Of a DNA stretch of 64,000 bases, positions 1 to 11,439 are shown piece after piece; within the stretch, counting starts at the first letter, position 1; the number at the start of each line of letters is the position of its first letter. The stretch lies in NCBI GenBank assembly GCA_030141605.1, contig JAQGDQ010001029.1, forward strand, positions 5,202-69,201, read 5' to 3'. This DNA is from Tubiluchus corallicola (Eukaryota > Animalia > Priapulida). The translations under genes and the position numbers were made by a program. A model generated the notes under the pieces. The model searched no databases. It was given only the letters and a program-made list of their open reading frames with translations, and had not been told where the DNA came from.

Positions 1-173
1 TCATTAGCCATCATCTCCCTATAAAGATTATAATGTTTAGTTTATTCCCCATGGAAGTTTCGGACATAAAGTTGGTTAAAAATGAAAAAAATCTGTCTAG
101 TTAATTAGAATCACTCTATTGTGAGCGATTTAACATTGAGAATGCTAAATTTGGTGAGCCAGTTATAAAGGAT

Positions 174-295
174 GAACTTTAGACTGCCTTGACTCTTGAG
201 GAAGGCGACGGCCCTAGTGGTCTAAGGTGTCTACCTTGTAATCACCAGGCTCCTGGTTCAAATCCAGGCTGTATTTCAACCTTTTCCACATTTTT
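174..295 (+). repeat. tRNA(Thr-TGT)-like repeat arm, same family as the 42.6-42.9 kb palindrome
   Basis: A-box-like CTAGTGGTCTAAG, CTTGTAA loop and B-box GGTTCAAATCC. The upstream GAACTTTAGACTGCCTTGAC matches the reverse complement of the palindrome spacer at about 42765-42784. Confidence 0.65.
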
Positions 296-993
296 GTCGT
301 TCGCTTATTTCATTTCTCAATGTGCACATTTTAAAATTGACAGTTAAAGGAACATATTATAAAGAATATGTCACTTACTCGCTACCATTTTGTCATGATA
401 GGGTTAACCGGCAATAAAAAATTGTTGGCTTATTGTCTCTTTTTAGGTAAGTTTTTAACAGCAAACTTACAATTTCTTTTCTTAGATTTCTACTAATTCA
501 ACAAAATGTTTATGGAGTTTAGTTATTCGCAAAAGCAAAAAGTTTTTCACAGTGTTAATTTATTTATTTTTAATGTTTAAATTTTTTTAAAGTATTATGG
601 TAAATTTTACCAATAATATCTTATTTACTACAAAGGAGGAACTGTTACCATTTTTAAGCATCCGTCACCGTCATTGGTTTTACTAAATTTTACAGCTTAC
701 AGCATGGATAATGCGTTTTTATGCTTCTAATCTTGTCATTGTTCTCTGATTGTTTTCAGGATTTTATTTTGGTTAAAAGTTTTTGAAACATTTCAATTGT
801 TCACTTTTCCCTAGTAGTTAAGGCCCTGACCTTAGTCCGAGCTTGATGAAAACCCGATTTTAGATTTGACACCACGATTGCAAGATAGCAACAATTAATG
901 CTGTCATTTTCCAAAAATATGTGTTTCAAAAGGACCAATCAGGCTTGTAATTTCTTTGTAAGACTGATTTTTCGTGGCATTTATATTTTGCAG

Positions 994-1575
994 ATGACGT
1001 CTACTCGGGCCATTTTCACGATTTTGATTGGCACGTTGGTGGCGCAGACAGCATTTGCAAGATGGCAGAAAAAGAAACAATATAACAGGAAAGTTGACGA
1101 CACACACAATATACGTGATCGTAGTCTTGACTTCATTTACACTTTATTTAAACTTAATAATTGCTTCGACTTGCACATGAACGGCAGCAAACTAAACCAA
1201 CGGGGAAAAAACTGCGACACTTGCTTAGAAGGAAACAACGTTTTTTATTTTTACAAACCGGAAGCAGGCGAACTACTTTATACCGAGAATCGATATCAAG
1301 ATTGCTGCGCCAACGACGATCATTACGAAGAGTGTACACGTGCCTTAGCAACAGACGCATTTGTAGGTCAGTGTTTTACTGGTTCAAACGGGAACAAAGC
1401 GTTGAATGAACGAGGTAACGACTGTAAACAATGCATAAAAGGTGAGACAGTTAACGAGCTTCGTGCACAAGGAGAAGAACAAGTTGATAGAGTTCTTATT
1501 TACAAAGATTGCTGCAAGAGTGACGATCGTTACAGTTCTTGCAAAAATGTATTACAGCGCACAGTCACCAAATAA
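994..1575 (+). CDS. Secreted cysteine-rich protein, paralogue 1 (193 aa; signal peptide plus two 6-Cys domains)
   Basis: ATG at 994 follows a splice acceptor (ttatattttgcag|ATG). Hydrophobic leader MTSTRAIFTILIGTLVAQTAFA. Two copies of C-x16-C-x2-C-x25/26-CC-x8-C with CF and RG[KN][ND]C. Homologous to the ORFs at 6085 and 11080. Confidence 0.85.
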   Translation: MTSTRAIFTILIGTLVAQTAFARWQKKKQYNRKVDDTHNIRDRSLDFIYTLFKLNNCFDLHMNGSKLNQRGKNCDTCLEGNNVFYFYKPEAGELLYTENRYQDCCANDDHYEECTRALATDAFVGQCFTGSNGNKALNERGNDCKQCIKGETVNELRAQGEEQVDRVLIYKDCCKSDDRYSSCKNVLQRTVTK

Positions 1576-2769
1576 GCCTCCACCACCGGCGCCCCCACTT
1601 TTTAATAGCTGCAGTTCTGTATATCGTCGGGAGCTCATTACTACATTGACACTTGTGTGTACAATCAACTAATTGAAAATAATAACTTAATAATTCGTGA
1701 TATTTCCTGTTCAAAAGAAAATCACACAACAATCACTGCATGTATGTCTGTAAGATACAGGTGAAATGTGCATAATACTACTTCTAAGTCTAATAACTTC
1801 ATTTCCAAGGCTTGTATAAAATAATTGATTCGCTGCTTGCTGGAAAGTTTTAAAGATTGTTGCGACACTCTTTGTCAGTTATCTTTAAATAAAGTATAGG
1901 CGTATATGATCAAATGCTGTGTTTTTTATATCTCTTACATTCGAACTTGTATGTGCACCAGGTTGTACTTTTAACCCTAAATACGTAGAAAAAAACTTTA
2001 CTAGTAAAGATGGAACGCGTTTTGGTTTTGACGTTGTCGAAATATATAGTTAATTCTCTATGCGAACTCAGAATCTACCACACGAGTCCATGATTGACGA
2101 TACCTAATCTATAATTTTCCACCATCAAATGTTCAGTTCACAACATCCATTCAAAAATTCGAAATGCCCATTAAGTAGTTCCCAAATTCAAATTAATTGG
2201 TACGTCAAGTAAACCCAAATTTTCTTCCTATATTTTAAACAAATTTCATTCAAGTCTTTAGAAATTCCGAAAAAAATTTTGAATGCACGAGGAAAACAAA
2301 AACGATAGCCGCCAAACTTTCATTTAAGCAGAAGGTCTTGTAATGCCACGCTTGTTTGTTTTTTTAACTTCGTTGTGATCTCTAATCTTATGTTTGTTTT
2401 CTTCATTCATTAAAGTATTTTTTGCTCTTCGTTTTTGGATTTCTGTATTTAGAAGCTGGAATGTCAATGTGGACGAAGTAAAACCTAAAGTAACGAAATC
2501 CAACGGTGGATTCATATTATATACTAAAATTTGATTTGTACAATATCAATGCAATATATAAAGTATCAGGCACTTTGGCTTCCAAAATAGTGTTCACTCA
2601 ATATTGAAAAAGGGCTTCACAATGTGCACATTGGTCGTTTTACAACAGTTCCCGAAGGGAGTTTCACTTGTGATACTATCATCTGAGTCAACATTTCCTG
2701 CTTGTACTTAATGCAGCAGTTAACAATACAGAGGTGTAGTTTACAGCGACACATTTACTCGTTTTTTAA

Positions 2770-3124
2770 CCCTTTCATACCCGTTGTATCCCGTGGGATA
2801 CGAGAATATTTTCTGCCTTTAAAATTAATAAAATTTTAAAACTGACAGTTATTTGATCTGTTAATAGTTATTTTGATTTAAGCCAACAACGTTAGACTAA
2901 AACTGGTGATAAAATGGCAAACTAAAAAATCTACGTAGCACAAAAAACTGAGCAAAGTACAGTACTTTAGAGACGACTTTGTACAGATCAGCATAGCGTG
3001 CATACTAAATGTCTTAAATACTTTAAAAAATTATCAGCAGTCGCAAAATGAAGCACATTTTTTGCTTTTGTTGTGTTTTTAAAAAAGTTTTTCTTATTAA
3101 AAAAATAATTTGGGACTGAAAGGG
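2770..3124. mobile_element. piggyBac-like MITE
   Basis: TTAA|CCCTTTCA ... TGAAAGGG|TTAA: terminal inverted repeats with a TTAA target duplication; no coding capacity. Confidence 0.8.
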
Positions 3125-3399
3125 TTAACTGAAGTTAATGCAGTCCAGTAAGCAGAATTCATTTGTCCTGCAAAAAGCAGTGACATCATTAAAATGTAAA
3201 ACTGCGTTAGGTCTTAATGTAAAGTGTATTATGCCTACTGTGAACATTTAATGACCAGTGACGGTGAATGATCAGTACTGTTTTGCTACTAAGCCGTTTC
3301 TGTCTCTGATGCTGAACCTCAGCAAAGCAACAATCTGAGCTATCTGTGCAACTATAGGTACATTATACTTCTTCTTCAAAGTCTAATTCCATCTATTGT

Positions 3400-3830
3400 A
3401 GACATTGAGTCATTACTAATTATTAGAACTATTATCCACTCCTCCCTGCCTCTAACAGCGTAAGTTCTTCTACTCCTAAAGGTATATTTGGTTGTTAAAC
3501 ACCTTTATTTATCTTAGCCATCCAAGCTTTTTTTAGTTTGCCATGTGGTTTTTTGCAAAAGCTGCAAGCCTTTCTATAAAGCGATTCTTATTGGTGCTTC
3601 ATTTGGTACTCTGAGAAGGTACCCTAGACATCTTAATCTTCGTATCTTGGACTTTTTAACTCCAAGGAATTTCTTTCGTTCTAGTACATAAATCTTCATT
3701 TTTGATTATGTATGGCCATCTTATCTTTTCTTGAGCCATCGTTAAACCCCATGTTTCACTGTTGTACATAAATATGCTGGTAACGTAAGCATTAAATAAT
3801 CGATGCTTTAATGTAAGTACATTTATACAG
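3400..3830 (-). mobile_element. RTE-type LINE 3' fragment (degenerate)
   Basis: Minus strand reads RLFNAYVTSIFMYNSETWGLT and IRRLRCLGYLLRVPNEAPIRIA, typical of the RTE ORF C-terminal region. Confidence 0.7.
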
Positions 3831-4686
3831 CGTTGCTGTACACTTTATAGTGCTGTACACGTTTGCGCAATTTCGCGCGAAAAATTAAATGTGCCGTCAC
3901 GTTGTAACAGTGACGCAAGACGCCGCCATTGTTTCGTAGTTTGTTTCTGTGAACGTACAAGCTCAGAACGTAAAGCGATCAGCTGTGAGTGTGCGGAAAT
4001 CAATTAAAATACAGAGCTGAATTTAAGCATTTCCGTAGTATACAAGTTTTTAATTAGTGTATAAAACGAAGAAAGTTTATAAGCATCATCATCTAGCAAA
4101 ATTTGTTGCTGTTTAGCGACGCCATTACTGTAAGTTGTAGTTGGATTTGCTCAAATAAATTATAGAATTATGTAATGCTTAAATCTAATATCGAAATGTT
4201 TATAATGACAAAATTTTAACTTTGTCTAAGTAGTACTAGATTGGAATGAGTCGTTTTGAGTCTTATTAAGAATTTAGAAGTTATATGCCTCTTTGATGGC
4301 ATGCTCTGATGCAAAGTTGTTATCGTTAATCTACGTAAATCTACAAATTATTTCAAACATGTTTTAGTCAAGTAGCTAACTTCCCAACCTGCTCTGCAGT
4401 TCCATAATAATGTACAGATTTTAGAAAGTAGGTTTATATGAATCTATGCCTGTATGCCACAGTGTTTCTTTACATTCTTCTAAACATAAGGTCCTTTTGG
4501 GATTAAACTTTCTTTAAATGATCCAAGATGCTAAGCAAAAATCTAGAAAATGTAATGATTCTTGCAGTATTATCATTTTTTAGCTTCAGTTGACGCTGTA
4601 TGCGGATGCCATAATTCATATTATCTCAATCATATTAATAATTATTAATATTATTAATTACATATTAGCACTTGACTTTGACCAAA

Positions 4687-4947
4687 TGGTACAGCCTAGT
4701 GATAACGCGTCTGCTTTCCGTCTGGGTGATTGTGAGTTCCATTCTGTGGCCGGGTGACATCAAAGATTTTAAAATGGTACTTGCTAGCTAGCTGTTACCC
4801 CCTACTTGGAATGTGGTAGACTCTTTAAGTTCAATTGTTCATATAATTTTAGCAATGTTATTACAGTAGGCAAAAAGCTGTTTGAGCTTATGTTAATTGT
4901 TCATCCAGAAGCCGAATTGTTCATTTAAATAAACATTATTATTATTA
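4687..4947 (+). mobile_element. tRNA-headed SINE (Meta/MESC-like core), copy A
   Basis: Degenerate A/B boxes, core CATCAAAGATTTTAAAATGGTACTTGCT, 3' end GAGCTTATGTTAATTGTTCATCC...AATAAA then (TTA)n. Second copy at 29.0-29.36 kb on the minus strand. Confidence 0.7.
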
Positions 4948-5277
4948 CATTGAATTATTATAATTCATATTATTATTATTATTATTATCATCATCATCAT
5001 CATCATCATATTATATTATAATAAAAATAAATACGAAAAAAATAAAATTACGCAATTTATTAAAAACTACCTGTATTTATATCTAAATCAACAAATAACT
5101 GAAATTTATACAAACATGTTCGTGCAGATGTCATAAACCTTCAACAAAAATCAACTTTTCGTGCTTTGATGGCAGCAAAAAAGCGGTAGTGTCCTCTATT
5201 GTCTAAAATAGATGATACACGAGCTAGAAAACATTCATGGCCAAATAATGCACAAAATTCTCAAAAAAGGCGTGCGG

Positions 5278-5279
<2 letters not shown>

Positions 5280-5371
<92 letters not shown>
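5280..5371. repeat. (GA)n microsatellite, followed by an orphan hAT-like terminus (...GGCCGGCCCTG, about 5470-5481)
   Basis: About 45 perfect GA units seen directly. Confidence 0.95.
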
Positions 5372-5374
<3 letters not shown>

Positions 5375-6084
5375 GCAGTATGTTCGCATGAAGCAAAAAA
5401 ATGTTACCTCGGCGTGAGGCCCCCCTGGAGGGTGAGGCCCTAGGCAGTTGCCTAGTTTGCCTATGCTTAAGGCCGGCCCTGACAGGAGAGAACAGGGTCC
5501 CCAGATACCGAAGTCGGACAGCCTACAGTCTGCTGTTCACCATTAAGGTCCTTCATTGAAAGATAACAATTTGTGTACGAATCCCGTACAATTTTTAAAA
5601 TCAATTTTAAAACATTCACAATTCGCTTTTAAATTGCTTCTTCGTGGTTTCATGCTGGCATGTGTCTGGTAAGCGTAATTATGCATTAGAACTTCGTGAT
5701 TCTTCGCGGCTAAACTAGCTGACGGAGGAAACTCCAGCTGCAGGGTTTTCGCATGCGCAGTTACGCCACTGCTGTTCATACTGCAAAGGATAGGGTCCAT
5801 ATCGAGGTTTTTTGGAAAAAAAAACAAAAAAAGCGTTTGCATGTTCGCTTGATAGCTGTAATTTCCTTGCACATCGTGAAATAGAATAAAAGTTTTGAAT
5901 TTTTCCAGTTTTTGACTGAAAACTTCAAAGATTTGATGATGCTGAATAGTAGTTTGGAGTTAGATCAGGAGGTGGTGTGGTAGGAAGATATATAAATTTG
6001 TCAGAAAATCGTTAGCCGGCTAATAATTGACTAGCTACGTTTCTTTGGCAAAGTGGAAAATCAATACTTTTTTGTTTTTCACAG

Positions 6085-7032
6085 ATGACGTCTGCATCAT
6101 CAGTGTACGGGAGTCTAATTGGACTGCTGATCATACAGACAACACTAGCAAGATCACAGCATAGGAGACATCATCCTAGACAGGCGCAGGTACAGCAACA
6201 GGACCGGGTAACCGTACCTCTGATGCAGTCTCAAAAAGAGGGACAACAGTCGCAGAAAGAGGTAACCATATCCCCACAGCAACAGGAACGGGTAACCATA
6301 CCTCTGATGCAGTCTCAAAAAGAGGGACAACAGTCGCAGAAAGAGGTAACCATATCGCAGTCTCAAAAAGAGGGACAACAGTCACAAAAAGAGGTAACCA
6401 TATCTCAGTCTCAAAAAGAGGGACAACAGTCGCAGAAAGAGGTAACCATATCCCCACAGCAACAGGAACGGGTAACCATACCCCTGATGCAGTCTGAAAA
6501 GGAGGGACAGCAGTCGCAGAAAGAGGTAACCATATCGCAGTCTCAAACAGAGGGACAACAGTCACAAAAAGAGGTAACCATATCTCAGTCTCAAAAAGAG
6601 GGACAACAGTCGCAGAAAGATGTATCCATATCGCAGTCGCAGAAAGAGGGACAACAGTCGCAGAAGGAGGAGCAACAGTTGCAGGAACAGGAACTCGAAC
6701 TTCGACCAGGCACAACAGACAAAGATCTTGTTAAGGTCCTTTTCGGTTACGTTTTCGATGACAAGTCAGGTGCAAAATGCTTCAAGGCAAAAGGAATGAC
6801 CATCATTGGGCTCAGCAAACGAGGAAAAAATTGTCGAACATGTATAGAAGGTAATAATGATGCTTATTTCTACGAAGCTGAGGCTGGTGCACCACCACCA
6901 GGCCTGGATGAGATTTTCACTGCATGTTGTATCAACTCCTCTTTCTACGGCGTGTGCAAAAAAGTAGTAAAAAACCAAGAAGACGAGGACGAACAAAGTC
7001 AGGAGGCGGAGGATCAGCAGATGGAAGATTAA
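6085..7032 (+). CDS. Secreted protein, paralogue 2 (315 aa; signal peptide, Gln/Ser/Lys/Glu repeat region, one 6-Cys domain, acidic tail)
   Basis: tttttgtttttcacag|ATG. Leader MTSASSVYGSLIGLLIIQTTLA resembles paralogue 1. Domain CFKAKG...RGKNCRTCIEGNN...CCINSSFYGVC. AATAAA at about 7106. Confidence 0.85.
   Translation: MTSASSVYGSLIGLLIIQTTLARSQHRRHHPRQAQVQQQDRVTVPLMQSQKEGQQSQKEVTISPQQQERVTIPLMQSQKEGQQSQKEVTISQSQKEGQQSQKEVTISQSQKEGQQSQKEVTISPQQQERVTIPLMQSEKEGQQSQKEVTISQSQTEGQQSQKEVTISQSQKEGQQSQKDVSISQSQKEGQQSQKEEQQLQEQELELRPGTTDKDLVKVLFGYVFDDKSGAKCFKAKGMTIIGLSKRGKNCRTCIEGNNDAYFYEAEAGAPPPGLDEIFTACCINSSFYGVCKKVVKNQEDEDEQSQEAEDQQMED
6190..6690 (+). repeat. Coding tandem repeat (QSQKEGQ/QSQKEVTIS units; 180-bp higher-order period)
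   Basis: The 60-nt blocks starting at 6241 and 6421 are identical; all unit lengths preserve frame. Confidence 0.9.
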
Positions 7033-7526
7033 AGAAAACCAGCTAGAAACGCCACTAGTGTAGTTTGCAATAACTTACATGGCTACCTGTATATCATTAA
7101 CTATTAATAAAATTAAATATTATCATTTAGTAGTAATGTACACTATCCTGCATTTTGGTCACCAATTTAAAACAAATCAGTCGTCCACAATCTGCTTAAC
7201 ACTGAATTTGTGCCATTTTATTTATTATTTTGTATCATTTTTGCATCTTTATCAGATCTTAATTCCGTTGCGGCTACACGGTTGCTTTTTAGATAAGTTT
7301 ATTTATTCTAAATTTGAAATAAAATAATAATAATAAATAAATAAATCAATCATTCTTTTGTTGAATGAAGTTTCTATTCATTTTCTTACTGTGCTTAAAT
7401 TACCTTTACGGTAGTTGTAAAAAGCATGTAAGAGTTACAACTATCAATAGCCATACAGTAAATGATTTTTCACTACTAAGCACAATGCAATTTCAACAAG
7501 TCTTCACAGTTTCACCGATTGATAAT

Positions 7527-7860
7527 CGTCATCATCATCATCATCATCGTCATCATCTCTGATGTCGCACATGCTTTGACATGTACCTTGCTCTCACTTT
7601 AGTCCATGCTGCCCTGTCACCCGCAACCTCCCATGTCTCTGTCTGTTATTTTGATATCTAATGGTGTGTTGACAAGATATTTTTGGATGAAATTGATGCA
7701 AGTCAGCAGCTGTCCTCCCTTGCGGTTTGTTTTCTTTCTGCAGTGTTTCTTTGAAAGCTAATTTTAATGGCCTGTCATCTGGTAGTCGCATAACATATCC
7801 TATCCATCTTAATCTTCTCTTTTTGATTTTAACTGTCCATGATGATCGTGAACAGGTCAA
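7527..7860 (-). mobile_element. RTE-type LINE 3' end with (GAT)n tail
   Basis: IKKRRLRWIGYVMRLPDDRPLKLA followed on the minus strand by a (GAT)n tail. Confidence 0.7.
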
Positions 7861-8179
7861 AGGTTAAGTGTACTAGACAACGCATTTGTGTACTCTTGAC
7901 AATGCTTAGCAGCCCAAACTGTTGTAGTAAAGTAAAGTTAAGCAAAGTCCACGTAAAACAACTAAAACTACAGAACTGACACGGCAGATGACTTTGCTTT
8001 ACACGCATGTCACGTGACTGTTGAAGTTAAGACGTACTGCTAGGGTAAATTTAAACGTTGACCTACAGCAACTACGCACAACGAAACCGTGAAAATGCTT
8101 ATTTGGTTACAATTAAACTTGTCTATCAGTTCGCTTAACAGTAGTGGTAGCAAAAATTCATAAAGACCAAATATGGATA

Positions 8180-8390
8180 ATCATTCTGGTACATAACCCA
8201 CAAATGTAACAATTTTTATCACATTTTTTTGTTAAAAAAGCAGCGTTGCCACTGCACACTAGCAGCCATCTTCAGTTTTTACCCCAAGATGACTGTTAGT
8301 GTGCAGTGGAAACATATTTTCTTAATAAACGTTTTCTTAATAAAAATGTTATAAAATTTGTTATATTGTGGATTCTTCATCAAACTGACG
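8180..8390. repeat. Fold-back (palindromic) MITE-like element
   Basis: Central inverted repeat CCACTGCACACTAGCAGCCATCTT / AAGATGACTGTTAGTGTGCAGTGG with degenerate outer arms. Confidence 0.6.
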
Positions 8391-11079
8391 CTGTTCTTGT
8401 TATAAAGAATTTCAATATCAAAAAACTTATCAACAATCAATCATCAGACTTGTCAATAATCAATAATCAGTTCTGATATTAATTTGCTATTGGATAACAT
8501 CATTTTTATTACACAGTGCAGACTAAACTAATGCGCTCTGTAATGGGGTGAGGGCGAACAGTCGTGTGGTTGCTGTGTGTGATAAACGACTGAAGTTTAG
8601 TACGTAGGGGTTTACCAGTAAATGGATGGATGACCACCAGTTTCATCTGCTATATTACTGCCATAATTTATTGAGGGTGGATGTATACACACCCAAAGAC
8701 ACTGCTGCCGGTTCAGTAGTTCATCTTAGAGGAATGTAAACAATGGAAAAGAATATTGCTTGAAAATAAGTAAATATGTTATTGAAAAACTTTGTAAGAG
8801 CTTGTAATCATTCTTACACTCCCGATAACTTGTTTAATTTATTCTAAGCTAACACACAACATGCTGCTTGCATCAACGGCATCTTAGTTTGCTAGTAATT
8901 TGTAACATGTATTGATGCCCCATCAGTGCAAGCACCTGTTTCCACAAGCATATGTTGTTTTTGCTGGAAAAAGTGAGTGTGCCGAAATTTTGGTGATAAC
9001 AGAAATACAATTATAACACTAACATCAATTTTCTTCGAATACAACCGTGTTTCTCCACTCATTGGCAGTGTCTGCTCAATGAAGTCATCTGGCAAAACCA
9101 GAATCTTTATCAAGAAGAGACAGTGACGTGCTAGAAGTGTCTTAACTACGTTTGGATTTCTCGATGAAGATGAAGTCGTCTAGCTCACCAATTCACGTAC
9201 TGATCAGGTTCAGTGTGATACTTAGCTTTGATCCAAACATGTGATCAGCAGTGCTCTACTTGGCTTCTTCCCAAGCATTGGTGCTGTAGTAAGTGGAGAA
9301 TCATGAGTGGTAATTTCCAATCCATCTTAGCCAACGCTTCTCTATGACCCCACCCACTCTTTCTTAAATTACATAATACCTGATTTTAAATTTTCTTTGG
9401 CCATTTCATACCCAACATATTTTTATACAGATGTCTTATGAAGCAGTTGATTTCGTTTTTCGTTTGTGTACCGTTGACTGTCCACAGTTTAAATTACACC
9501 TATAAGATTGTACTCGTGATGACCAAATAACTTTTGCATTTTTCCAAAAAGTATGGCTTCCACGCTGTATTGTGTTGTTCTCTGTCTTGGACTCTTGGTG
9601 TCATCTTTTATTTTCAGACTGAAATTTCTCAGAGAGTTGGTTAAAAATAATGCATTTACCAAAATAACTTTGACGTCATTCTAGTGTACTATTGACGTAT
9701 TTGGTATAAATGACGCAAGATAATGGCGTTTCTATGGTTTTCTAGTTCGTTTCTTACAAGTTGTACAAACGTTGTTATGACAGTACGCTTACCAGAACTA
9801 GAAGATGGTGAATTCGAAAAAGGTTCAAATTCAAAATCGTCCTGTATATGAAGGCGAGGGTAGATAGATAGACAGTGCCAACCAATCAGAATCAGCCGAC
9901 GCCGTTGCCGTACGTAAACCGTTATGTTAGTTTTTGCAGTTTTGTCACTGTTAACCAAAGCTAAGACAGCAACCATACCTATTTCTGCATACCACTGGAA
10001 AAATTGCCTTTTGTTTTCAAGAAGATCTAATATAAAAATAAACCATAGATATACTGTGCTCAGTACTTTTGTACTCGCAACCATTTTATTATGTCAAATT
10101 TTTGTAGGCCTTGTGCAGATAGTACAATACTGAAAGGGCCCCTCTTTGAAGCCCTTTATTTGAAATATGGGACCCCCAACTATGCAAATGTTGCTAAAAT
10201 ATATCACAAGCAAAAAATGTTCAAGACGAGAGCGAGCAAATTAGAGTTTGCCTCCTCCTGTGGGACCCCATAATTTCATTAATCTAGGGGTCCCAAAAGG
10301 TCATGATCCGGCCCTGTTCATGCTAAAAATGACAGGGAAGCGACATCAGTAAAAACTGATGTTCACAAAGGCAAATGTGATGGACAAAGGTGTAAAAATC
10401 AGTCAAAAAACCTAAGAGAAACAGGTCAAGGATAACAAGATAATAGATAACGATGGGTTGAAGTCAAAAATTCCCAAATTAAAAGACAAAGGTGTTAAAG
10501 ACAAGCGGTAAAACGACACAGGTGAATAAGACTTGTAAAACTGAAAAAGCAATAATAAAAAAGCAAAGAAAAAAGTCGGTAAGTAAAAAACCAAATGAAG
10601 TAGAATGGGGTTCGATTCATAGAAACTACGCGGTCCGTATCCTTTGACCAGCAACTCTTGATAAAAGTTCTTGGCTTTTTTCCTCTTCGCAAATCTTTCG
10701 AGGACAAACCAAACGTGGCGTAAATCAGCCAACATAATTTTTCGAAAGATAACTAAAACCGAGGAGATAGAGGGACAAAATGAACACGTTTGTAGGGTCA
10801 AAGGTTACAGTGAAATACGTTTAACTGTGTCAATTTGTGTTCGAAATGCTTCAAACATTGATGTCGATGTTCATACGCTCTTTTGTGTTTTCTCTCGTCT
10901 TGATATGGAAACTGCTACCCTCACAGAAGTTGTTTCGTTTATTTGTGGCACGTAAGAAATGGTTAATAATGCAAGGCCAAACAGTGACTACTACACGGTC
11001 TATCAAAATAGACAACAAAGTTATAAAATACAGTGCAGTAGATTACTCCAGTACAATGCACTTTATTTTTCTATAGGTG

Positions 11080-11439
11080 ATGCCAGGCGCCACGTTTGAG
11101 GTGCTTATAGGTCTTCTGATCATTCATGGGATACTCCCAGCGTCGGAACCAAAAGTAGAGACAGGATCTCCTAACGAGAATCCCGGAATGGACTCCCTTT
11201 TTTCCTACTTTGTCGACGAAAATGAAGGTGGAAAGTGTTTCAAGCCGAGGACAGTGAGCGTATGGATGACCAACCGAGGGAAGGATTGTCGAAAGTGCGT
11301 GCAAGGTCCCAACGTGCGGTTTCTTCTAGGAGCAGAGGCGGCAGAAGAATCAATCGACAGGGGCGCGACGTTCAAGAAGTGTTGCGCTAATAACGAGTAT
11401 TACAGAACTTGCAAAATGTTATTGAAAATAAGCAAATGA
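11080..11439 (+). CDS. Secreted cysteine-rich protein, paralogue 3 (119 aa; signal peptide plus one 6-Cys domain)
   Basis: tttatttttctatag|GTGATG. Leader MPGATFEVLIGLLIIHGILPA shares LIGLLII with paralogue 2. LFSYFVDENEGGKCFK aligns to LFGYVFDDKSGAKCFK. RGKDCRKC...CCANNEYYRTC. Confidence 0.85.
   Translation: MPGATFEVLIGLLIIHGILPASEPKVETGSPNENPGMDSLFSYFVDENEGGKCFKPRTVSVWMTNRGKDCRKCVQGPNVRFLLGAEAAEESIDRGATFKKCCANNEYYRTCKMLLKISK

Noticed and set aside
898-993. N-terminal 32 codons of the 225-aa ORF
   Set aside because: They lie upstream of a splice acceptor; the signal peptide and paralogue alignment start at ATG 994.
5199-5417. ORF with poly-(ER)
   Set aside because: Translation of the (GA)n microsatellite.
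6154-6715. Antisense repeat ORFs (74 and 179 aa)
   Set aside because: Shadows of the stop-poor coding repeat on the plus strand.
8820-9350. Possible hAT transposase remnant (ACTDGA motif, minus strand)
   Set aside because: Only one short motif; I could not extend a convincing alignment.
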